Source: a bacterium (GTDB lineage: Bacteria > Patescibacteriota > Minisyncoccia > UBA6257 > 2-01-FULL-56-20). Taken from it: DNA of 64,000 nt. Below the pieces are notes generated by a model. That model was given only the letters and a program-made list of their open reading frames with translations, ran no database searches and was not told where the DNA came from. The DNA lies in the NCBI GenBank assembly GCA_027310625.1, contig DAIDAM010000003.1, positions 67,278 through 131,277 on the forward strand, read 5' to 3'. The stretch's first letter is position 1, and each line of letters starts with the position of its first letter. Positions 39,695 through 46,385 of this stretch are shown in pieces. A program made the translations under genes and the position numbers.

Positions 39695-39993
39695 ATTTCA
39701 ATGTTAACAAGGACGCTGCTCTACGTCAACAATAATGCTTTATGGCTTAGGAAGTCGGACTTCCTTAGAGCGCTTCACTAGTTATGTTCCTTGAAATTAC
39801 GGTTTAGTCGGAGGCGGCGTGTTCACAATCGGAGCCGGAACGGGACCGGCAACCGGAGCGACCGCGGGATTCGGAGATGTTGATATCGCGAGCATTGGTA
39901 TTACGGAAGTTCCTCACGGAGTTGTCGGCGGCGGAACGTTGCCCCTGTGGCTGCCCAATCAGCTTTGTTAATAATATGTTGCAAAAGACCCTA

Positions 39994-41952
39994 TTATCTG
40001 TAGCACTGGTATATCACGTGCGTGGCTATATCTTGCGTGTTATATGACAACACGGCAGAAGAAAAACCAGACGGGCAGGAGCACCCCGACGTGAGCGGAT
40101 TGGCTCGCGTGCAACCGCCGCCCGTATTAGTTTCGTACAAGCCCCCGAAGCCGCCCTGTACGGACGTCGGCGGGTTGCTTGCGGAGTAAACTCGGTTGCC
40201 GGCGTCGTAAACTCCCGTTGATCCATTGATATTGCCTGTAACATCAAGTTTATATCCCGGCCCCGTCGTCCCGATGCCGACGTTGCCGTTATTATCTATC
40301 CAAAGTCGGCTAGTATACGTACCGGTTCCGCTCATTGCGTCAGTAGTGCCAATGGAAAAGCCGTATCCTGGCGATGCAGTTCTACCGTAAACAATTCTCA
40401 TGACTGCATCTGCACCGTACGCAAGATATCCCCAATTTCCTGTGTCTACTCCTGTGCCTCCGTAAACGATAATTCTCGCTTGCGTGTATGGGCTCGAGTC
40501 CGCGGGTGCGCTATTACGAATCAGCCCCAGCGAACCAGTAGTGGCGCTTTGAGCGCCTCCGACTGGACCAACATCTAATTTGTATTGCGGCCCCGTCGTC
40601 CCTATCCCGACGTTGCCGCCTTGGATAACTGTTTTTGTAGTGTTGGTTCCACCCATATACACAGGCACTGCTGGGCTAGTTGCTCCACTAGCAAAGTAAA
40701 ATCCGCCAGCATCAGCGCCCGCTAATATTTCGCTGTTAGCTCCTGTATATAGATAATTTCCGATTTTAACGTTTCCGTTCACTTCCAATTTCTGGCTCGG
40801 TCCCGTCGTCCCGATGCCGACGTTGCCGCCGTTTGTAATTGCAAACAACGTTGAGAATGTCCCATTTGACGTCGGGGCACGTCTAATATAGAAACTGTCA
40901 GGACCCGCACCTTCACCTAAGATGCCGCCCAAAGCCATGTGCCATGATGGCAGAGAAGTATTCGCAGTGTTCACATATAAACTTAGGTTGTTGTAATTAC
41001 TTACCGAGCCGGCATTTGTTGTTATCTCTGAATAAGAATTGTTATATCCTCGTAACCAAATAGTGTTATCGGCGCCGTTAATGCCAAAGTATGAGTTGCT
41101 ACCTCTTACATCTATAATCCCTGCAGGCCCTGTCGTCCCGATGCCGACGTTGCCGCCGTTTTTGAAGGTTATTGCGCCGCCATCGAATCGCAAATCGCCG
41201 CCGCTATTTTCAATCGAATATGCCTTTATGCCCGGCAAATCCAATGTAATGCGCGGACCACTACTATCAACTGCAAATATATTTGCATTGTACCAGGTAT
41301 CTTTTCCTCCCGCAGAAACATAACCGCTCGCTGAAACGTTCGCGGGAAAGCTGTAATTCCCTCCGCCGGTGTTCGCCCCGAAACTGCCCGCGGAGACGTT
41401 GGCGGCGCTGACACTGCCGGAGTAATTGGAGCCGGAGATTGTGCCGCCGGCGGTGATGCTTCCAGTAACGTAGACGTTGCCTCCCCCTTGCGCCGTGGTC
41501 GTTCCGACGGCAATGCCGTTCGCCTTGAGGTCAAGAGTGGTGAATATCGGTCCATTGACAAAGAGGGAGCCAACGGATGGAGCTACTCCCACGTTCGGAA
41601 TCGTGGTCGTTGAACCCGTCTGGTTGCTCGCGGTTATCGCGCCGCCGATGGAGACCGAACCGTCGCTTCTCACCGTGAATAAGGGGCCGGTGTTGAGGTT
41701 GAGAACTTTTATCGCGAAATAGCTCGAACCGGTGGAGGTGCCGACGATGAGAAGTTTCGTGTCCGATTGCGTCGTGGTCGTTCCTATGGAAAGGTTTTTT
41801 GAGGCGTCAAGACCTATCGCGCCCTGCCCGATGCCGGCGGACTGAGAGGGGCCGATGAAGTTTTGGGCACGCGCCGAAGGCGCGGCCAAGAAACTGGTGG
41901 AAACTGTGAAACTAATGGAAATTATTAGCAGAAATTTATGGAAATTTTTCAT
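39994..41952 (-). CDS. secreted fibre/adhesin-like protein with GNVGIGTTGP repeats and Cys-rich tip
   Basis: Signal peptide; four GNVGIGTTGP; C-terminal C...NPLT.GCSCPSGF. Confidence 0.8.
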   Translation of the reverse strand: MKNFHKFLLIISISFTVSTSFLAAPSARAQNFIGPSQSAGIGQGAIGLDASKNLSIGTTTTQSDTKLLIVGTSTGSSYFAIKVLNLNTGPLFTVRSDGSVSIGGAITASNQTGSTTTIPNVGVAPSVGSLFVNGPIFTTLDLKANGIAVGTTTAQGGGNVYVTGSITAGGTISGSNYSGSVSAANVSAGSFGANTGGGNYSFPANVSASGYVSAGGKDTWYNANIFAVDSSGPRITLDLPGIKAYSIENSGGDLRFDGGAITFKNGGNVGIGTTGPAGIIDVRGSNSYFGINGADNTIWLRGYNNSYSEITTNAGSVSNYNNLSLYVNTANTSLPSWHMALGGILGEGAGPDSFYIRRAPTSNGTFSTLFAITNGGNVGIGTTGPSQKLEVNGNVKIGNYLYTGANSEILAGADAGGFYFASGATSPAVPVYMGGTNTTKTVIQGGNVGIGTTGPQYKLDVGPVGGAQSATTGSLGLIRNSAPADSSPYTQARIIVYGGTGVDTGNWGYLAYGADAVMRIVYGRTASPGYGFSIGTTDAMSGTGTYTSRLWIDNNGNVGIGTTGPGYKLDVTGNINGSTGVYDAGNRVYSASNPPTSVQGGFGGLYETNTGGGCTRANPLTSGCSCPSGFSSAVLSYNTQDIATHVIYQCYR

Positions 41953-41971
41953 TTTAGTTTCTAAAAGTTTC

Positions 41972-42415
41972 TTAGTTTCTACGAGTTTCCTTATCCTTTA
42001 TTACCCTATAGGTTGACGATATAAAGTTCTGTAATTTCAGCGACGCCTTTTCGGCAATCACCTTATATTCGGAGTAAGATTTCTTGTCGGCAATTTTGTT
42101 TCTTTCATTCATAAGCTCAAGCCAATAATCATTTGCCTCCATTAAAGAACCGCGGGCATTGTAAAAAAACTTTATCTTGTCCAAGTAATGAAATCTTCCA
42201 TAACCCTCCGCCACATTAGCACCGAAAGAATCTGTTGCTGTAATAAATTGGTCACCCATCGTTTTTTTATCCTGCCAATTTAATCTCTCGTATATTTTCC
42301 ATCCAACCTTTGATAATTCTCTGGCTAATTTATAAATTTCCAAATCCTGTAACTTGATGTAATTCCTTTTAGTTTCCACGAGTTTCTTAGTTTCAATCAG
42401 TATCCTAATTTCCAT
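41972..42415 (-). CDS. four-helix-bundle protein (23S rRNA IVP-like)
   Basis: DLEIY..A...DQ....DS..ANVAEGYGR...F...ARGSL.E; start may be later. Confidence 0.9.
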   Translation of the reverse strand: MEIRILIETKKLVETKRNYIKLQDLEIYKLARELSKVGWKIYERLNWQDKKTMGDQFITATDSFGANVAEGYGRFHYLDKIKFFYNARGSLMEANDYWLELMNERNKIADKKSYSEYKVIAEKASLKLQNFISSTYRVIKDKETRRN

Positions 42416-42451
42416 CAGTTTCCATCAGTATCTATCAGTATCTATAAGTTT

Positions 42452-42628
42452 CTATGAGTATTTTTTACGTAGACCGACTTTCTTTTCCAGACGCTCAACC
42501 CTCTCTTGAATACCCTTAAATTTACCGGCAAGCTTCACGATTTCGCTCTTCCTAGCCAATTGCCGGTCTAATTCCCGCGCCGCCTCCCTAAACTTGCGCA
42601 TTCTTTTTCTAAAAGCGGCATCGAACAT
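42452..42628 (-). CDS. small coiled-coil protein (58 aa, not in ORF track)
   Basis: MFDAAF...ERVERLEKKVGLR; C-terminus matches that of 43668 gene. Confidence 0.55.
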   Translation of the reverse strand: MFDAAFRKRMRKFREAARELDRQLARKSEIVKLAGKFKGIQERVERLEKKVGLRKKYS

Positions 42629-42640
42629 TAAGATAGAAAT

Positions 42641-42901
42641 TTAAATTTTCTTTTCAATCCCGACGATTCGCTGTGACAGGTCGCCGACCTCAGATTTTAA
42701 CGCATCAAAATCATGCCGCTTGACTTCAATCCCCTTAATTGCATCCAGTAAGTGTTCTTCTGTTTCTTGGAGATCTTTTTTTGTTGCGAAGTTCTTTAGC
42801 TGCTTTTCAATGTTTGCAAAGCGTTCATCAACGCCCAGAAAACCGCGCTGCGTCATTTGGGCAAGTTCATCAAGCGTCATTATTTGTTTCGCCTTGGTCA
42901 T
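42641..42901 (-). CDS. small coiled-coil protein
   Basis: MTKAKQIMTLDELAQMTQRGF; paralog of 43668 gene. Confidence 0.7.
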   Translation of the reverse strand: MTKAKQIMTLDELAQMTQRGFLGVDERFANIEKQLKNFATKKDLQETEEHLLDAIKGIEVKRHDFDALKSEVGDLSQRIVGIEKKI

Positions 42902-42950
42902 TTTTTCAAGTATATCGTCAAGGCTGTCTTCGACGCGCCGCAACCGAGCT

Positions 42951-43418
42951 TCAGCGAGGGGGCTGGCCTGACGGTCCCCTAAAAGTGCTTGTCGCTTGCT
43001 GTTGTTGCTGGTTGCCGGTCGCCGGCTGCTGCTGGACGGACGAAGGATTCTCAATCGCTTTTGCGAGCTGGCTGTCGCTTCTGATGCGCGACCACCAGAC
43101 AATTTCCTTGCTGTTGAGGTTCAGTTCGTCCATCGGACCCCAGAACGCTTTGTTGAATTGCCCAACGCCGAGCTGCTGCTGATTATTTTGGTCAACGGTT
43201 CTCTGCAAAACCCAGACATTGGTCAGGCGCGGAGCCGGAAACCAGGAAAGTTTGCCGAAATACATATCGCCGTTCGAGAGAAGAACTGCCGAATACGGCG
43301 AAGGACCTGCCGTTCCTCCGCCTCTCAAAACCGAACCGAGCCAAACTCCGAGCGCCACCAAAACGACGACGGCAACAACTAAAAGGACTACGCCTGTGAT
43401 TATTGTTTTTCTGGACAT
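42951..43418 (-). CDS. membrane-anchored hypothetical protein
   Basis: N-terminal TM; YSAVLL.NG..YFGKL motif. Confidence 0.8.
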   Translation of the reverse strand: MSRKTIITGVVLLVVAVVVLVALGVWLGSVLRGGGTAGPSPYSAVLLSNGDMYFGKLSWFPAPRLTNVWVLQRTVDQNNQQQLGVGQFNKAFWGPMDELNLNSKEIVWWSRIRSDSQLAKAIENPSSVQQQPATGNQQQQQATSTFRGPSGQPPR

Positions 43419-43440
43419 TATTTTTTGATTTGTTTTTATT

Positions 43441-43644
43441 TTATTTGTAGATGCCGACTTTTTCTACTAAAAATTTCTTCGGAAAAACTTCCCGCTCAAT
43501 TAAGCCGCGTTTTTTAAGAAACAAGGTTACGGGTTTTGAGCATTTACCGCACAAAGAAATTCTATTAAGGCCGCGCTCAAAATGCAAAATCTCGTTTCTG
43601 TCTTTTATTCTCTTTTTGCAAACATCACAAGTAAAAATAATCAT
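43441..43644 (-). CDS. small CxxC-CxxC zinc-ribbon hypothetical protein
   Basis: CDVC...CGKC. Confidence 0.55.
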   Translation of the reverse strand: MIIFTCDVCKKRIKDRNEILHFERGLNRISLCGKCSKPVTLFLKKRGLIEREVFPKKFLVEKVGIYK

Positions 43645-43667
43645 AGCATTAGTCAATATAACGAAAG

Positions 43668-43955
43668 TCAATGAGGAAGGCCGACTTTCTTTTCCAACCG
43701 CTCAACTCTGCTTCTCAAGTCGTGGATTTCAATGACATCTTTCTGGATATCGTTAAGCTTATCCATAACGGCTTTCATCCCGGAACTCAAGGCACCGAAA
43801 CCGGCTTCCACGTCGCGACGCAGGAGATGCATTTCCTCTTTCATACCAGCCATTTCTCCTTTCATGCCGCTCATCTCGTCACGAATCTGCAAGAACTGCC
43901 TCTGGCTCATCGCCGCCAATTTCTCAAGCGTCATTTTGGGTTTCGCTTTCGTCAT
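43668..43955 (-). CDS. small coiled-coil protein
   Basis: MTKAKPKMTLEKLAAMSQRQF...RVERLEKKVGL. Confidence 0.7.
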   Translation of the reverse strand: MTKAKPKMTLEKLAAMSQRQFLQIRDEMSGMKGEMAGMKEEMHLLRRDVEAGFGALSSGMKAVMDKLNDIQKDVIEIHDLRSRVERLEKKVGLPH

Positions 43956-44063
43956 AAGTTTCTCAGTTTCATGGTTTCTATGAATTTCCATCAGTTTCAA
44001 CTAGTTTCAGCATGAAATTTGCAGATACTTGCTTCGCGATATTGATTGATATCTTTATTGTTA

Positions 44064-44621
44064 TTATTTCGGCACCACGACTACGTAACCAACCGGACCT
44101 TTAGCCGGACCGCCGCAGGATTTGCAGTAGAAGGTGTACTTGCCGGCAGCCGTCACCTGGAATTCAACAAGCGCAGCCACGCCTTTAGGAAGCTGCTTGC
44201 TCAATCCGTAATCCGGCTGATAGAAATCGTAATCCTTGTCTTTGGCGGTGATGTTCAAACGAACCGTGTCGCCGATGTAGGCGATGACATTACTCGGACT
44301 AAACTCATTACTGGAGACGCTCAAAGAGAAGCTGCGGAAGTTTGACACACTCCCCGGGGCGGCCTGCGCAACTATAGCGGGCTTAGCCACATCGCCTGAG
44401 ACGGTTGAGGTTGCTCCCGGAACGACCGTATTGGGACTGACGGGCTGAACGGTGGCTGATTTTTGTTGAGCCGCTTGCGGTACCGCTGCCGGACCCTGAG
44501 AGACCCCGCCTCTTTGCGAACCTAACCTCGTTCTCCCGCCAAAATACAACGCAGCAAGAACAACTACTACGACCGCGACCCCCGCCCAAATTATTAATTT
44601 TTTGTTGTTTGTCCAATCCAT
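44064..44621 (-). CDS. membrane-anchored cupredoxin-domain protein
   Basis: FSPS.....GDTV, GKYTFYC..C. Confidence 0.8.
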   Translation of the reverse strand: MDWTNNKKLIIWAGVAVVVVVLAALYFGGRTRLGSQRGGVSQGPAAVPQAAQQKSATVQPVSPNTVVPGATSTVSGDVAKPAIVAQAAPGSVSNFRSFSLSVSSNEFSPSNVIAYIGDTVRLNITAKDKDYDFYQPDYGLSKQLPKGVAALVEFQVTAAGKYTFYCKSCGGPAKGPVGYVVVVPK

Positions 44622-44717
44622 ATTTTAATTTTTTTATAAGCCCGTTATGCGAACCTTTAAGGGTAATTTTACAATATGGAGCGGGAAAGAGATAAAGGGA
44701 GTTATTCACAACCGCCG

Positions 44718-45268
44718 AAGAACTTAGAACTTGGAGCTTGGAGCTTAGGGCTTGGAATTCGGTGTTTTTTTATGGAGCTTGGCGCGGAGAGCTTGAATTT
44801 GTCTCATCAAAACAAGATAGCGGTTTCGCAAATTGTCATGTTCCTGTTCTGTGACATACTCTAATTTAAATGCCAAAGTAAGCGCGGTCAGCACTTCGTT
44901 AATCGAAGTTGCCGCCATCATAAGAAAATGCAGAAACTCTCTTGTTCCCCTCCCGCTTCCCTCCGCTATGTTGAAAGACACAGAAGATGCGGCTCTTCGC
45001 AGTTGGCTCGTCAACCCAAAAAGTTCGCCTTTCGGAAATTTCGAAGTAGTTTTATAAACCTCCAGCGCCAATTCCATACTTTCTTGCCAAATTCGCAATT
45101 TTTCATAATTTGGAGCAGAGTCCTTTAGACTCAAGCTTGGGTCTTGGTTCTTGGAACTTAGTTCACTCATTATTTAATTATTTAATTTTTAGTGTTGCAT
45201 TTGGACAAGTTTCAACTTCAAAAACAAATTTCCAAGTTCCAAGCTCTAAGTTCCAAGTTCCAAGCTCC
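44718..45268. repeat. GAACTTG/GAGCTTG heptamer arrays around the four-helix gene
   Basis: Arrays at 44718-44760, 45135-45162, inverted at 45230-45268; also 46076-46105. Confidence 0.8.
44745..45170 (-). CDS. four-helix-bundle protein (23S rRNA IVP-like)
   Basis: LRIWQ..M.L...Y..T..FP..E.FGLTSQLRRAA.SV..NIAEG.GR. Confidence 0.93.
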   Translation of the reverse strand: MSELSSKNQDPSLSLKDSAPNYEKLRIWQESMELALEVYKTTSKFPKGELFGLTSQLRRAASSVSFNIAEGSGRGTREFLHFLMMAATSINEVLTALTLAFKLEYVTEQEHDNLRNRYLVLMRQIQALRAKLHKKTPNSKP

Positions 45269-45271
45269 GCT

Positions 45272-46123
45272 TCAGTAAATCGTTCTCCAAGAGTAAGCGT
45301 TGGATGAGTCCTTGGCGCAAACCGTTACGGCATCTTTTGTTCCGGAAGCCGACTGCGTGACCCAGAAGGCACCCCTTTGCGAGGTGTCGCAAGTCGGCTG
45401 AGCGACCGTAGTATTGAGCCGCAAGCCGCCGTTCACCTCCAGAGTTTGTCCGGGACTGGAAACGCCGATGCCCACGTTCGAACCGCTGAAGTAAATTATG
45501 TCGTTTATTGACTGCCATATTTGCGACGAAGCGCCGATTTTGTAGGTGTTGGAAGTCGCGGGGACGACGTTGGAGTCAAAGGTTGCCGCGCCCACGCGCG
45601 CGACAGAAATGCTGAGCGACTGGAGGAACGACTGCTTAATATTCGTCGCGTTGTAGGACATCGTGAAATTGACGTTCACGCTGTCACGCCCGCCGGGGTT
45701 CACGCGCTTCGTGAAAGAAAGGTCGGAGACAATCACTTTGTTTGACGTCAGCGGCTGTTCCGTTCCGCTGTCGGTTTGCTTGAGATAAACCGTTCCGCCA
45801 GTCATATAAATGTATGTCGGGTCAACTGTGGAGGAAGACATCCGGAGTTTTAGTGTCGTTGACGCGGCGTCCGAAGCCATTTCAATCAGCGCCGAGGAAT
45901 TGACGTAGTATTGTATCGTGTCCAAAAGAAGCTGGCTTTGCTGGTTGACTTCGGCAGCGGCGTTTTGCCTCGTCTGCACCTGCACGGAGGAAACAAGCAG
46001 CGTGAGAAAAGTAATCGCGACGATGGAAAAAATGGCGGAGAAAATCAGGAGCTCAATGATGGTGAATCCGCGGGCAGAACTTAGGACTTGGAACTTGGAA
46101 CTTAGCGAATTTCTGAAGTGCAT
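45272..46123 (-). CDS. type IV pilin-like protein with prepilin N-terminal methylation motif
   Basis: RG|FTIIELLI; start uncertain. Confidence 0.85.
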   Translation of the reverse strand: MHFRNSLSSKFQVLSSARGFTIIELLIFSAIFSIVAITFLTLLVSSVQVQTRQNAAAEVNQQSQLLLDTIQYYVNSSALIEMASDAASTTLKLRMSSSTVDPTYIYMTGGTVYLKQTDSGTEQPLTSNKVIVSDLSFTKRVNPGGRDSVNVNFTMSYNATNIKQSFLQSLSISVARVGAATFDSNVVPATSNTYKIGASSQIWQSINDIIYFSGSNVGIGVSSPGQTLEVNGGLRLNTTVAQPTCDTSQRGAFWVTQSASGTKDAVTVCAKDSSNAYSWRTIY

Positions 46124-46191
46124 TTGCGCTTAATTATAACAAAATGTGGTTTGAAAATATGCTTCTCAAGATGTAACATAACAAAATCTTT

Positions 46192-46384
46192 GGCCCCATC
46201 GTCTAACGGTCAGGACATCGGCTTTTTTCACCCCGCACCAAATCCTAGGGCCCTGTCGTCTAGTCTGGTCTAGGACACGAGCTTTTCAAGCTCGGTACAC
46301 GGGTTCGAATCCCGTCGGGGCTGCACAAAATTTGGTGCGGGGCAAGAGCCGGTAACCGGGGTTCGACTCCCCGTGGGGCTGCCA
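46192..46384 (+). tRNA. outer tRNA-Glu-like gene interrupted in the anticodon loop (possibly a pseudogene)
   Basis: GGCCCCA/TGGGGCT-GCCA; TCGGC/GCCGG; perfect T-arm; 125 nt between the anticodon stem strands. Confidence 0.75.
46249..46323 (+). tRNA. inner tRNA-Glu(TTC), nested
   Basis: GGCCCTG/CGGGGCT-G; CGAGC-TT-TTC-AA-GCTCG; GTTCGAATC. Confidence 0.92.
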
Positions 46385-46385
46385 A

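Larger units (their letters stand above)
37842..39765. repeat. REP-like palindromes AGGAAGTC(G/C)GACTTCCT, five copies
   Basis: At 37842, 38055, 38588, 39188, 39749; degenerate copy near 37757. Confidence 0.9.

Noticed and set aside
39994-41952. Prophage tail-fibre gene
   Set aside because: It has a signal peptide and no phage structural or integrase genes nearby; it fits a cellular surface protein.
41972-45170. Diversity-generating retroelement suggested by Avd-like four-helix bundles
   Set aside because: No reverse transcriptase and no TR/VR pair with adenine-specific mismatches seen in the window.
46223-46347. Outer tRNA-Glu as a UGA/UAA suppressor through an alternative excision register
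   Set aside because: The register is arbitrary, and TGA and TAA act as normal stops in conserved genes here, so there is no sign of recoding.
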